DNA of 64,000 nucleotides from Leptogorgia sarmentosa (lineage: Eukaryota), in the NCBI GenBank assembly GCA_964658305.1, contig OZ210884.1, positions 8,122,001 to 8,186,000 of the forward strand, given 5' to 3'. The position numbers and the translations under genes are program-made. Below the pieces are notes generated by a model. It had not been told where the DNA came from, did not search any database, and was given only the letters and a program-made list of their open reading frames with translations. Numbering within the stretch: the first letter of the stretch is position 1; every line of letters begins with the position of its first letter. Positions 36,188-51,300 of the stretch are shown one piece after another.

Positions 36188-38146
36188 GTGGATAGTAGGG
36201 TTTTCAATAATCCCATATCTCATATCTCACGTTAGTCTATTGTTCAATTGTTAGTTATTGTTAGTCTATATTGTTCAATTTCATCGTTCGCCGTGAAGGC
36301 GAGGCTCAAGGGCGAAGAGAACATTCATGTTGTTATTATGTAATAAACTTACCTGCTACTAGCTTGTAATATAAGGTTGATATTGACGTAAGAAATAAAA
36401 TGCAAATAAACCGCTGTTTTCAGACATTGTACTTGGTGTATGCGTTTCGATTGGTCAATTGCATATATATAAATCAATTCCTCAACAATTTTTGGCAAGC
36501 CCGCATTTTGCTGGCGCTCGGCAGTGCTTCATGTTTATCTATCACATATATTATCAAGGCCATTTATTACAAGGCCAATATATACACAATGTCATACTAC
36601 CTAGTTCGTTGTCAATTCTTCCCACTTAGCACTTGGCCTTATACATGCACTAGCAACAGATTTTGAACCAAGCCTATTCTCTTTTGCAAAACATAGTTGA
36701 TTTTTTACTGTACACATGAACAAATAAAACTTGAATAAAGAATTGAATAAAACTAATTGTCAATGAAAAATCGCTCGTCTGTGCATGCCCTCATGAAAAA
36801 CCCAAAAATATGTCCTGACTATAGTGCTCTTCTTCTTCAACATGACTGATGATTTCCTGAGATAGTTAAGCAAAATACTGAATGATAACAACAATGTGAA
36901 GAAAGTAGTAATTAAAAATGGAGAGCTGAAAATTAATTTAAACAGGCAAGCCATACGGACAGGTGGTATACTACTATTGACATTGTATATATCATGCAAT
37001 TGAATCGAGCAAGTCATGCAATCGAAAAACAAAGTGTCACGCGAAAAACAGATGCAATATAAATTTGTTATAAACTGAATTTTATTAGTACTAAAATCAA
37101 TTGGCAAAATTACTAAATTAAAGTCTAAACGTCAATGAAAAGTTGGCTAAATGAACGAAATTTTGCTCAAAGTTTTGTTTGAATTGCAATCGCTTTACAT
37201 GCATAACAATTACCTGTAGAATTTCAATTTAATTTTTCAAAATGCGAAACAAGTCTTGTGTTATTAAATTTTGCGTTTTTATCGAAAATCACTGCTCACG
37301 GCAGCAATTCAAATCTCGTTTCACGACGCAAAATTGAAACTATTGGCCATTCATGCACGGCTCACGAAAATACCCTGTGAACGTCCTACGTTACTGATGT
37401 TACTAGGATATCGACGCTGAGCTAAACTCACAGGGCGTTTGTTGCGATTCTGAATATTTAATAAGGTTAGTGTTAGAGTTATTATTACTATAGTCGAAAC
37501 CTTATTAAGCGCACATCTTCGCGAGCTCGCTTGCTGTCCGCTCAGAAGCAGAAAAACATGCCGCGGATCGGCAAATTTGGGTATCTATACCAATTACAAC
37601 AACGAAACCGTTCTTTTGGGCATAAACGTTCATTGAAAAATGTGCACATCTATTCATAAAATGTCATTTACATTATAAAAACCGTTAGAAAATTGGTATC
37701 ACAGATGTATACAACGAGTTTTTTTTCTTTGAATTGTGTGAAGTAGTTTCCACTTCTTCTATATTCTGGGAGGTTTTATAATGCAGAGTTTTCAATAAAA
37801 TAAAATGTTTTTCTGCAATGAATTTTAAATTGCTCAGTCCGCATGAGTTGTTTGCCACAGCTGCAATGCATTATTGCGTTTTGTTATTTTAAATTATTCA
37901 TTGCAATGACATTGATCATTATATGTATATCATCATTTGCCCCACTAAATAATTAGTCGCAAAATAGAACGTACGCTTATTTGCCCATCGGCGTTTTACA
38001 TTGAATCTACTGGGATCTTGGAAATAAGGAAATATATTATTATATGTGATTATATAAGAAGACAACAAGACAGGGAAATCTGCAATACATTATTTTTGAA
38101 CTATAGTTGTCTGTAGGCGACTCGATAGAGAGGTAGTCGCTTTTTA

Positions 38147-41100
38147 ATGCCGTCAAACATGCTTCACGTCGTCGTGAATTTTCTTTTTCTTCAAGCATTT
38201 ATCACTTCCGTGACATTTGGGTTAGACTTTTGTTTTGATGGAAATCATGAAGGTATGTTTTAAAATGAAATTTTAGTATGTGGCCAGTTGTAATACACTA
38301 ATTACACTGAATGAGCTTTTTGCTTGAAACGTCCATCATTTTCCTGGTCTATTTGCGCGTTTTAAACATGCCGTATTGCCTATTGGGAAAATTGTTCACC
38401 TTCAAACAAGAATGGACTGAACCGCACAAAAAGAATGGATTAATTATAAAACGCGCTAAACGAGATGTCCAATCAACTTGAAGCTGTTTTTCAGTTAAAC
38501 AACACGTTCTTTCATGCTATGCTTGTAGCTACTGTAGCTATACGTATGCTAGAAACCTTGATCGCGACTTTCAAACGTCGCATTTTGTGGTCGTATCGAA
38601 TGCACAATTCAAACAATAGAAAATGAAGCAAGTTATCTCTAGAGTTATATCTATTGTTTCATTTAAAACGACACGACGAAAATTCGACGTTTATTACAGA
38701 CCTATATCTCTATTTTTTTCTTGTGTGAGTACAAATTTGCTAGCCATGGAGGAATTAAGCAATAAACAATGGTTCAAACAAGTCCCGATTCATCATGTTT
38801 TATTGTCTTTTTTGGAATGAGTCTCTGTCGAAAAAAACCCACATAAACTACTCGAACACGTATTTGTCGTATCAATATTTTCTGACACAACAACAAATTA
38901 CAATAATCCAATCGCAAAACTCCATGCGCTAATTATAACACATAGTCATGTGTCCCTATATTACGTGTACAACAATATTAGCTATAACATAACTCGGGTA
39001 ATTATTATCTATATGGGTAACTCGCCTCGCCATATAAACAGGAGACAGGCCTTAAGTTTCCATTGAATCCTCCCAGTAGAAGTTTCTACTTTATGCGAAA
39101 GCGAAATTTTTTCTCGCAGCAGGGAGGATTCAACAGAATTATTCATCTCATGCAACCAGCAGAGAAGCTCAGAGACAATCTGTATCGTAGATTTTACATT
39201 CTGCAGGCTCTACATTCATTCATTCAAACGAAATTTACTACCGCTTGACTTAGCAGGGTTACTTTTTTACGAAGTCTGTATTCATGCATCCACTCTTTGT
39301 TATTCCAGAAAAACAAATTTCGATTTGCAATATATGCAAATACGTGCAGTTTTCAATACATAAGCATCCCCTGCTATGTTTACATTACGCATATCCAGTG
39401 CTCATCAGGGGCCGGCGCCAGCGCTACCGCTTGACTTCAAAGGGTAACCTTTTTAGGGGGCATACAGCATGTTCTAATTATCGCTTGGTCAATTTAATTT
39501 GTCTCTCCCGCGCGCAATTTCTGAGAAGAATACAGATATTATTAAGTATCAATTTGATTATAGATGTTTTTAATTAAATACCGAATTCGATTTGTAACAG
39601 ATATAGCAACATGAACAAGCAGCAAAGGTTCTACTCGCTACCCGCCTAAACATGACAATAAGATTCTTCAAGCAAATTAAGGCCCTTCGTCGGCAGGCCC
39701 TACTCGCGTAATTCACGAGTAGAACTTTTGCTGTTTAATATAGAAGCTGTTAGATTGTATAACTTAAGGTTCTAGCTTTTTCTTAGGGATTATCCATTTC
39801 ATTTCTTAAGCATATTTTCCCAAAACCAAAGGTTTCTTTCTATTGAAGGTCACCGATTGAATGCTACCGTGCTCAGAAGATCTCAGGCTGTGTCACCTGC
39901 GGAATGCATTCTTCATTGCGTAAACGAATCGTGTTGTAGATCTGTTAATTACCGTAAAAAAGGCTGCGGCGATTCCAGTGGAAACTGTGAACTAATTCAT
40001 GCGCATGTAACTGAAAATCCTCAATATTTGTTGGACGATGAAGACTTCGACCATTACGTATTGTCAGAACCACGTAGGGTAAGTTTAAAAACGTATTTGT
40101 CATGAGCTTGTACTTATATTTTATAATTATGTTCAATTATATTAGTTTTTTCACAAATCGCAGCTTTCCACCAAAGAGAATTTATCGCTTGTTTCTTGTA
40201 ATAGTTTTATATTTATATCATTTACAACAACAGAAAATAGCAATTTATTGTCTATTTTATCAATCTCCATGAAAGAGAACTTTTAATAACACTAGAACTC
40301 AAGAACTTCAGTCCAGAACATCAAGTCCAAGAGGACGGATATGATTTCCTCTCTTTCGGCTGTTATTTTATGTGCAGTCAACACAAATTGACGTCCACTT
40401 GTGCATGGCAATAACTTTCAATTGTTTTTATTCTGGTTGACACAATTGGCCTTTAACCCGAGTAGTTTGCTTTGGACTGCTACGGCCACCCCCTCCCCTA
40501 CAGTTTTGATTGAGCTATGGGTAGAAAAATGTTTTTTTACATAAGCCAGGTTATTTTTTGTTGTGCAGACGGAATAGGGATACATTGAAATTAACAAGTC
40601 ACTTTATTACTGTACCACGCATCAAAAGAGAAAAGACAAACATATAGCAAAAGTGCACACGTCTTTAAAAATTGCTCTGACAAAACGGTCATGTTTTAAT
40701 AAAGTTAAAATCAAGCAACATACTTTCTTGTATTAATTACATTGTTAATCGGTCGTCATGCCATATTGTTCGATGAGAGCGTTTGGTTGAAAACGGCCGA
40801 ATTACTCCCAGGTGCCTTTTTGGTGGACTTTTTTCAACCTATACTGTTCGTGTACGTGCTAGCCACTACCATTATCATTTTTTGCAGACGTTCAATTGTA
40901 GCTGTATGCTGTGCAACGAGAGCATTCAAAACTGTTCTGTCGCTAATAAGAGATGTGACTGTCTTTATGGTCAGGACGGAATGTCATGTGGTGAAAGTAG
41001 ATCATTTTTTCTATATCATTGGCGGAATGCAATCCTAATGTGTTGATCCTGTCACACCGACTGTCAAACCTTCATGAAAATACGTTTTGTATTTTTCTAG

Positions 41101-42710
41101 TACGAACAAGTTGTGCTCACTGGAAAAGTTCAGATTCAGGTATTCAAGATGGTGAATATCTGATAAATCCAGAGGGCCATGGAACGGCACATTTCAGAGT
41201 CTGGTGTGACATGTCTACAGATGGAGGGGGTTGGACTGTGTTTCAAAGGAGAAAGGACGGATCGCAGAACTTTAATCTTTCTTGGAATCCTTATAAAAAC
41301 GGGTTTGGTGAAAAAGATGGTGATTTTTGGCTCGGTCTGGACAGGATTCACCGCATGGTGGATAACGAAGAACAAGTTTTAAGAGTTGATCTTGAAGATT
41401 GGCAAAATGAGCGCCGATATGCATTGTATCAAAAATTTTCAGTTGCAAGCGCGAAATACGAATACAAATTAGCAATTGGAGGTTATTCTGGTAAACAAAT
41501 TTATTTTTCAAATATATTCCAATATAAGCTATAAAAATGCCAATAACCCAATTTATAAAATATATAGCCTTTTAAAAAGCTTGGGCGATGACTGGCGAAA
41601 GCTGTGAAAAACAAAATTAAACTTTTCTATTGTTTTGAAAAGGCTCTAATTTAATAAAGAAATAGAAAACATTTTCCATATTCCCATGTGTTATATGATC
41701 ACAGAAACAAGCATGAAAATTTGCGAGGGGGGGGGGGGGAGCACCCGTGGGGAACACAAGAAGACGCTGAAAAAACGCGTCCAAGCGTTTTTTAGAGGAA
41801 AATTTTTTCTATGTCGCGTATTGTGTTCAAAACCAGAAATCGTTTTGGCGTTTTTCTCCAAATCAAATTATTCTATGATTATTGACTCGATAAAACTGTT
41901 TGCTGTCTTCGAAACTGTGTGTTTGTATTGAGAAGCTAAAAGGAATAATTATAAAAATTGTGGGCATCAATGTTCGTATACCAGCGCAACATGAATGCAG
42001 CCTTGGTTTCAATAAAATGCAAATTTTCAAATTTGGCGTACCCTCCACAATCTCTTTATTTTCGTTTCAATTATGAATCATACAACCTTTTCAAGTGAGT
42101 CTGCCGACTGAGAAACCTAAAAATTTGAAATTTATATTTCGACGAATTTGAGTTTCGAGCGCGAGATACGTGACATACAGAAAATCTTCGTAGAAGGCCC
42201 GTTTTAGACGTCGAAATTCTCATGTGCCGAACTTAATTGTTTCAATGAAGCACATGCATGATAAGTTAAAACGTATGAAACGAATTAGGTTCGACCTAAA
42301 TGTTAAGCTCGACCTAAACGTTAAGTTTGCCGACTGCTTTGGTTTCGAACCTAATAAACATTAAGTTCAGCACATGAAAAGTTCGACGTCTGAAACGGGC
42401 CTTAATAAGTGCATAAACGCCTTATTCTTCTGCTTTTCCCGCAGGTGATGCCGGCGACTCCTTCAACTATCACAATGGTGGTAACTTCAGCACTTACGAT
42501 AAAGACAACGACTTGGACGACCGTAACTGTGCCAAAGTGTTTGAAGGTGGATGGTGGTTTCGACGTTGTATGGATTGTAACCTCAATGGCCACTACATGC
42601 TGCAAGGAAAACACTCTGGGCTTTCTGGTACCGGAGTTCACTGGGACGATTTTAAAGGCAATTATTATTCCTTGAAATACGCTGAGATGAAAATACGACC
42701 AAAAAACTAG
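38147..42710 (+). CDS. Secreted PAN/apple - EGF-like - fibrinogen C-terminal domain protein (FReD)
   Basis: Exons 38147-38220 (signal peptide; donor choice tentative), 39787-40078 (GHRLNATVL..ECILHC..CCRSVNY..NCEL), 40888-40990 (Cys-rich EGF-like), 41101-41490 (VWCDMSTDGGGWTVFQRRKDGS..YKNGFG..FWLGLD), 42445-42710 (FSTYDKDND..NCA..GGWWF..CNLNG..EMKIRP*). Confidence 0.88.
39618..39733. repeat. Member of a short fold-back family (gcagcaaaagttctactc...gagtagaacttttgctg) with a hammerhead remnant
   Basis: Inverted arms enclose ggcccttcgtcgg. Related copies at about 30487-30550, 48461-48535, 49329-49399 and 53702-53826. Confidence 0.65.
42196..42401. mobile_element. PIF/Harbinger (Tourist-like) MITE
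   Basis: ggcccgttttagacgtcgaa..catgtgccgaac ... gttcagcacatgaaaagttcgacgtctgaaacgggcc. Same family as 62395-62513. Confidence 0.75.
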
Positions 42711-43498
42711 TACAGTCCAACCATTTTATGATGCACAAAAGAGAAAATTTTGGGGGGGGGTCGTGATATATTGATTCTATTGTACCACAGGAACATAATG
42801 TCAACTTTCATTTCCTAGTCTATTGTAAAAACTGGATGCTGATTGCTTGGTCCGGAACCCCCTCCCCCCCCCACTTTTATTCGAAACATGTCTTTCAATT
42901 CCTCCAAAACCAAGAAGGATAGGGGGTGTATGGAATTATGGAACATCGAGTACGCCTCGTCATAGTCTAATAACCACAATTGGATTCGCAATCCCAAAAA
43001 CTCTATGAAGGACATTGCTTTGATCAACTATGCACACACATTAGGTTGTTTTGTCTAAACATTAAGGTGCACCTGTACACTGACATTTGTTATTCTTAAG
43101 TAATATTTCCCAGCTAAAATGCATGAAATACGTTTGGACATATTGTATGACAGGATATCTGTGTATTCTGCTGGATGAATGGACCCCCTGTCCCCAGCGC
43201 ACTTTTGTAGGGCTGCCTACGCCCCAGAAAAAACAATCCAAATATCTTTTGATGCGTAAGACATCTCCACTTTCTCGACAGCCAATACTGCTAAACAGCT
43301 GCCTTTGCATCTTGTTTGAACAAGTTGTCGCGTGGTTTATTATCAGCGCTAACAGTTGCTTTCATGCTTTGCGCTCGCATTTTAAGCGGGCTATTTTCGT
43401 AATTCGGCGTGCCAAGTGCAAAAATGGCCCGCTTAAAAGTTAGCGAGTAAACGAATGGGGACTGATTAAAATTTAGTGGTCCGCGTGCCTAAATTTAA

Positions 43499-44999
43499 GG
43501 GGCTGTTTATATGAGAGCCAGGACGGGACGTTTGCCGGGACGGGACGTTTAACGGGATCCCAGGCTATATACACTTTGCTATTATTAATATGATCTGTTT
43601 ATATGTCTGTTTGAACAGGCCTTTACTATAAAGAGTACTTCAGTCGTAATTATGTTCATGCACACTATTATATCGGATATTATTGAAAATCAATCCTACG
43701 CCTGATTGAAAGAAAAATCAATCTAAAAGGAGTTACTTTTCAACTAAATTTCAATAATTTACATTCGAAGAAGCTTATTCTTGGTCTGCTTTTGGAGCAT
43801 ATACGCGAATTTTGAGCAATATGATTGGCTTAGAATTGATAAATCTTTACAAAGAGTGAAAGGATTCAGTCAGTCGTCTTTATCGAATGACATACATTCA
43901 ATCGAATATTGCACACTCAAAAAGTGATTTGTCAATTCAAATTCAATCTATTAGATTGACTTAGTTATCAAATCAATTTTATAGGCCATTCCGATTCGCT
44001 CGTAATATCGTATTTCGGGGAACTAAAATTGCATTAATTGAAGTCCTGTGTAGGTAACTGATTTCCTTTAGATTTTTTAACTGAAGATGGAAACTATCTA
44101 CATTTAAATCGTATGCATAACAAGGGGGCAAAGAGGACAAACTGTGAAACTGAGCCAACTGCGTGGAGGCAGTGGAGGTTGTTTCTCAGGAATTGATTAA
44201 GCGCCTCTGCATGCGTCCTTTATGCTTCATTACATGATTATATAGATGCAAATTTTGAGGCATCTAAAAATGACCGCTTTTGGTAAATTTCTTCTGTTGC
44301 AATTGTCATTTACATGAACATGTTAACCCCCCATTAAACAAAGAAATTATATTAGGATCACGTTGGATAAAGACGTAGAATAAGACTTTTTTATAAACCC
44401 CTTCAGATACATCAGAGACAGAGAAGAATTTAACCTTTCTCTGAATGTTCAACAGACCATACATATTATAATAATACTATATATAAGGTTGTTTACATTA
44501 TAAGACTTTATCTAAATTTCAAAAGATCAAGTTTCGATTAGTTTCGTTCTAAAATTGGTTTTATTAATTCTAATATAATCAGCAAAGGTATAATAGAGCC
44601 GGGACGTTTTTCGTCCCGGCCCGGTCAGGCGGGATCCCGGTTCTGACAACCGGGATCCCGCCTTAAGCGGGACGATTTTTCCCATATAAATGCTCCATCC
44701 CTCCTGACCGGGACAATGTCAATTTTTATATTTCAACAATAATTTCAATTATATGGTTCAATTCTCTTTTTTCTTGTTAAGGTCATAAAATAACATTCAA
44801 GTACGGTGAAATGCGAGTATAGAATGAATTATTAACGTCAATGTTGACGGAGAAAAATAAGCATTTTGCGAGACCTTGATATTGTCCCGCCTCTGTTTAC
44901 GTCCCGTCCCTCCCCTCATGTAAAGGGAAATTCAACACGGGATGAAAAACATCCCGTCTCGGCAAACGTCCCGTCCCGCCTTTCATATAGACTGGGCCC
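43499..44999. mobile_element. 1.5-kb non-autonomous PIF/Harbinger-like element
   Basis: taa|ggggctgtttatatga..ggacgggacgtttgccgggacgggacgttt ... aaacatcccgtctcggcaaacgtcccgtccc..tcatatagactgggccc|taa. About 50-bp TIRs, TAA TSD, no long ORF. Confidence 0.7.
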
Positions 45000-45385
45000 T
45001 AAGAGTGCCGTGCCCAAAACTGTTGTCGTGTAAAGGGGTGCCCAAATGTTGCCCAAATGTTGCCCAAATGGTGCATTGTCTTTTTATGTGCTGGCATACA
45101 TGAAGTTCTTCATTAAAATAGCCGGACTTTGATCCCGATATAAAAATGGCTGATCGCCTGATCCGGATTTAATTCACTCTTTGTTTAACTTTTTGTACAG
45201 AGATATGGTATTGTTTTTAAAGACACGAAGTGCGTTTGTGTGTGTTGTCATGGATCGATGAATTCTTTACAGCCCCGTTGGAACGCAACGTTATTTTACT
45301 GTACGGAGGAATAGAGAACAAAAGACTGTTATTAGAGATTACAAGATTGGGTTTACGCTACTTTGTACAACTTCGAAATAACAAG

Positions 45386-48300
45386 ATGGCAAATCCGGGT
45401 AAGCGTCATTTTGAGATTGATTACATTAATAGTTGGGTTTTTTTAAGATTTGATACAAGACCACGAGTTAAAAATAAAAGATCGATTATAGTATTTACTA
45501 TTGTGATATGATATACAATTTTGCTTTTATAATAACGTGCTAGTTAGAGAACTAACGTGCTCGTATGAATTCTTTATAGATTGTTCAAATGAATTGTACC
45601 GTATTGCTACGTTTGTTGTGCGTTAAGCGAAGTTAAGCGAGTCCTTTGAATCAAACAGAATTAAAACAAAATTTTGTAATGCAAAACATACTCAAGTGCT
45701 TTCTATATTTACTGATCACATGTTTATCCCCTGTCACGCACATTAGAATGAAAATGTACGTCCTATTTTGATTTTTAACATGGACAAGTTGAGCAAATTC
45801 TTGGGACTTCTTGTTTGTATTATTAAATCAGTACGAGATATTTGTTTAAATTAGTTGCATATTTTAAGAGAACCTTTATAATAAATGCTATTTGCTAAAT
45901 GCATGCTAATGTCTCAGTTTTCACTTTAAAATATTCATGTTTTCATTTTAAGTGGCAGGTACAAGGGAAGGCTTCTTGTAAACAATATTTATGAAAATAT
46001 GTACCTGCTATGTGTTGGACATATTATTAGTTTTATCCTACTGATATGTAAGACAAACTATTAGATTTAAGCATGGCTAATACAACTAGACGCTCATTAT
46101 CCTTGCCAATATCTTTTAATTTACGTCCTAGGCGCTTATCAGAAAATGGTATGTATGACATATCTATCAGTGTGAAGCAATATCTGATGGCATAATGTTT
46201 ATATTGATGCACAAATGATACACTGTTTACTGTATTTCTTATCATTTGTGACATAGTATAATATACGTATTATGATATATGTTATCTACAAAATAGTATT
46301 CAGGTTTCATGTCTGTGTTTATGAGCCATAAGGGTAATTAGGTCATTAAAACTGCCTTTTTTTCTGCATCAAAAAGTAGCAAATGTTTTAATAACTATCT
46401 AAATGATACAATATACAATGTATCCCAGAAAAAGGCTACCTTCGAGTGCTAGTTCCACATGTTTGAATTTGAATGCCTTTAACTCCCTAGTGAGCTTAAA
46501 ACAGACCATGTGTTCACAGACCATGATAACAATTGATTTCAGAAGAAATTATTGGGAAGAACACAAATATATCAATATCCCCCCCCCTCTGGTGTGTGTG
46601 GACAGGTGTGCGCAGACAGGTACAGAACAAAAATTGTGTAGCACGTTCATAGGTAACTTTAACTTTTTCTTGTAGCCAATGGTGTCCCTGAATGTGAAGA
46701 TGATGTAAATGAATTTATCAATACTCCATCTACCCCATCAACACCAGGTTGGTTATTTTCTTGTTATTTCGACCCTGACATCTCTAATACGTTTGTCTGT
46801 ACATTTTAAACTAAGTTTAATAAATTATAGCATTGTATTATCGTGCTTGGTTGGGAATGATTTCATCCCAGTGCCAATGATCATGCGACCACATGGTTCA
46901 AAACTGATATTCTGGACAATTTCTCCTTATGCGTTAGCGCCTTAAATGTGGTTGAATCAATGGACTTTAATATATAATATGCATTATACATTCAACTTGC
47001 GCGTTAGAATTAATTTTAATCTAGATAAGAAGAACGAACGCACCACTTCAGATTTTTATTTAGAGAATGTCAAGTTTGCATGTTCAAAGAGAAGTACAGT
47101 GGAAACTCCATCAATGACCACCATTTGGTCAGAATAATTTGGTCGTATTTATAATGACGTCATGTAGAATCCCAAAGACATTAATAATTAAAGACATTCA
47201 ATCCCAAAGACATTACTTGACGATATTTCATTCCCTGAACACAATTTGATTGAGCTAGTCTAAAAACTGAAATAGATATGGTAAAACTCTAGATTAATAA
47301 CTGTATTCATAAAGTGTTAGTAAAAGTGTAATCTTAGATTGATTTCGCTTACACCCAGGCGAATTTAGTTGTGCTTGACAAAGTGAACTTTAGCCGTTCA
47401 GCGAGCTAAAACTTATTTCTGATTAAGTACGAAAACAACAATCAAAAGACTGTCCCACCATTGCGACTAATTTGTAATAAATTTATAGTTGAACTATACG
47501 GTAAACCTTAGATTGAATCTTTCCAAATTTTATATTTAGGCTAATTATTTTCGTCAAAAAATGCATATATGCGTAAAATCATATAGAAAACAATTAAAAC
47601 GCTGTGTTTTATTCATTCAATTGTTGAATAAGTGACAGTTTGAAATATTTAATTTATAAAATAGCGCGATATCACCTTGATTGTCAAATACTCAATTCTG
47701 ATTGGTTAAGTTTGCTACCAGCCTAACAACCCTTCGACAAGGGGGGACAGAGAGTGTTTGTATACACCGTCGGTCAATGCTTACGTGTGCATGGTTTTCG
47801 TATATTTTCCAACTATGAAAACAGATTTTCAAACATCTGCTAAATGGCCAGACTGTCCCATTAAAATTGAAGTTAGCTATATATGTACTACTACGTAGAT
47901 TTGCGCTTCTTTTTCCTTTCATTCTAGTGGATTTTTTTACCAAATTCATACATTAGTCTTTTTCGCCTTCATGAAATTCTCCGCACGGATAACTTATTTA
48001 GATTCTAAGTAAAAATAAATTCGCAAGCCTGTCTTCAATTAACGAACATTAAAATCAAACACAATTTATGGGCAGAATTTGACAGAGACATGCCATGCGT
48101 ACATATGACAAAGTGCTCGTGGCACAACCTCAAACTCTGAACCTGTGGTCCTGACTGTTGAATTTCTGTTACTCTTTGAACACTGTTGTGCCTGTTATTT
48201 GTTGTGTTGTATCGGCAAGCACATCGCACGGGACTTTATGTTTCGTTCGTGCTTTATTCAGGCCGTTTGAATCTTCTACATATTATTGATATTGTGTTTT

Positions 48301-51300
48301 TATTACATTTGTTCTTATGAGAACATAATCTATAACAAACTATATTTCCAGTTTTTATATGAAAAACACTTCTGTGACGTGGCTATCCTGGGTAAATATG
48401 ATAATAATAATATTCAGCACACGTCGTCAGCGTAGGTAGCACTTCAGGATAACGAACACTGAGAGCAGGAAGGATAATCTCACTACCTAAACCATAAACA
48501 GATTCGACGTTTCGACCGAAGGGCCTTCGTCGGGAATTAGTAGCTCTACTAATTAGCAGCAAGGGCTGCTCTTAATAATAATATTACTTTTAATAGCAGA
48601 TATTCTTGAATACTCAATAAAATCACGAAAATAAAAACTGAAAAAAAAATGGAAACACTTAAATGTGCATGGACCAAACGAGATATTTAGTCGCTAGATG
48701 GACTCAGATGTTATCTCTGTCGTTATCAGATTCTTCGCGGATTTGCGGTATTTTCTAAATGAAACGCCTTCCGTCGCAGCTTATTATTAAATCATACACG
48801 AACTGACTGAATCAGCTGCTTCGAGCTCCAGACAAAAAGCTAATATAATGAAACATGGCGTCCTTTTGTGCTGAAAAATCTGACAGAAAACTCAGCGGAA
48901 GCAAAAAGTGACAAAATGTGTCCATTTCGTATGTTCTTGCTACCAAATTTACATGAAAATCTCTTCTAATCGCGATTATTTTAACCAACAATGAAAGTTG
49001 GTAGCCGTTTAAAGATTTCAGGTAATAATTCATGCGTTGTTTGTGTTTGATCTTAGCACTACCCATAAAATGTTGTTATAAGCTTGTCTAAACGTTTATA
49101 AAGTATTGTATTGTCTCTTGGCGCTACGTCGAAAATAGCCCAGCGGCTCACCCCGTGGGCTCAATACGTATATTCTGCAGTTTGATATGTAAGTCAGAAA
49201 AACTCGACATGTATATATATATATATATAAAATCGATTTCGTCGGTGTATGTTATGTATGACTCATGCGGCATTGTTTATGACATGTAAATTTATTTATT
49301 ATAAATATTTTCATAATATCAATTTAGGGCAATAGTTGTACTCACTACCTGAACGAATTTCAAATTGCATCGTTCAGCTGGCGAGCAGAACTTTTGATGT
49401 TGTTATCCGCTACCTGCATGGCCACAAATGGAGCATAATTCTATAATTCCTTTTATGTACTAAACTCTAAGAGTTCTTTGACCACGTTATTTATTGGCAA
49501 GCTTTCTTTTATCAGATGTACAGGTGTTATCCTGCCCATGGATTTCTACATTGCTTAAAACATTGTACTTGATGAAATGTTTGTTTTTCTCATCCACTTT
49601 TATCAACTCTCATCCACTTTCATCAAGTCTCATCCACTATCATCAACTCTCATCCACTTTTATCAACTCTCATCGACTTTGAGCTTGTTCAAACTTTGAT
49701 GAGAGTTTGTGCGCGTTTGACCAGTCGTGAACATCAATGACTGGTGAACTCTCAACCTGATCGCTCGTTTGACTGGCGCACGAGAGTTGACGGAACTCTC
49801 GTGCAAACTTTCACTTCTTAACTCTCGCCAACTCTCATCCTCGTTTGACCGGCGCATGCGAGTTAACAGAACTCTCCTGCAGACTCTCGCTTCTCAACCC
49901 TCTTCAATTCTCATCCTCGTTTGATCCGGCTTATAAGTCATAGAATTTGGGAAATATCAACACTGTCACGAAAAGATATTGAAATTATCGATTCTACGCA
50001 GAAAAATGCATGTTTTGAAAAATGATTATATATAGAAATTAAAAATCATATCTGATTTAAATTATTTATACATTGCGAAAAGTAATACAATGATCCAATT
50101 TACTAAATTCAGCTGTTGGTATATTGAATATCCTCCTTTGCCAATCTGAATATATTCAATGGTTTCTTAAAGTGCTGTAACAGTTTTTTGTCGATATTAG
50201 GGATTGAAATTCTCGGAAATTCTGGTGCATATTTCCCATAATTCTCGCCGTTTTTGATCCGAAAATTCCAAGATTTATGATGTTTCCAGAATGTAAGAAA
50301 ATTATCAAGATCTAAATAAAAAGATATCAAAACATCTTGCGGTAAAAACTGTTTTAAATCGTTCCGTTCTTGCAGAATCATACATTGGCAGTTGAATTTT
50401 TTATTCTATGTTTTTTATTATAATTGTGTGCTCGTTTTGTCGAACAAATTAAGGTATAGCGAAAACGGAAAACAAGCATCATCTTTTTTCGTTGTAAATA
50501 TGACTTTTTTCGTGATCGTCAAAGAGATTCGTATCATATTATTACTTCGTGCAAACTCGCATCCATTTCCAGAATGATAAAAAATATATGCTGCATTACA
50601 AGGGCAAGGACGTTTGCGAAGTGCAGCCATGAAAGTAGGGGAGAGGGGGGAGGATTTTTGTAGATCATAAGTATGTGGGTCCTGGTTATATGGTCTGTTG
50701 TCCCTATATATTTTACACCATGGCCGCTAGGCATTTTTAACCCTATCTGGTGGCCCAGAAACCCTACTAAATTAAAAGTTAATATGTAATCAGATTTCAA
50801 AAAAAGGGATAAATAAAAATATTTCTTCTTCACATCACATTTAACATTGACGCCAGATGGTAGTGGCCTTGAGGTCCACACAGACCGGATGCGATTTTTC
50901 AGTATTGACAAGCAAACATAATTGCTCCTGATGCAGTATTTTCCAAAATTTCATAGCGGCAAAACATCTCGACTCACCAGGTTCACACAGTTTCCGAAAT
51001 TTACTGTCTGGGAGTCTTTTATGCACTTTCAAAAACTTGAAAATCTCGTCGCGTCACCAATTTGTTCACGATATCTGAACAAGAAACCTAAAGATGATTT
51101 TAAACTCGAGTTGCAGCGTTGAAAAGTAAATGCTCATTGGAATATTTTTTAAATTCATTATAGCAATATTATGCTAGCAATATTAGCATTTTATGATTGC
51201 GTTTCCAAGCGTTCTGGGGCCGGTTGTATAAAACATGATACAGTACGTTCGCTTTGATTATGCAAATCGAAGTTATAGCTATACAATACGAATCAATGTG

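Noticed and set aside
38221..38252. Longer first exon of the FReD gene ending at the gtatgt donor (38253)
   Set aside because: Phase 1 is incompatible with the 39787 acceptor. It works only with a weaker acceptor at 39849 that trims the PAN domain, so it is kept only as a possible alternative.
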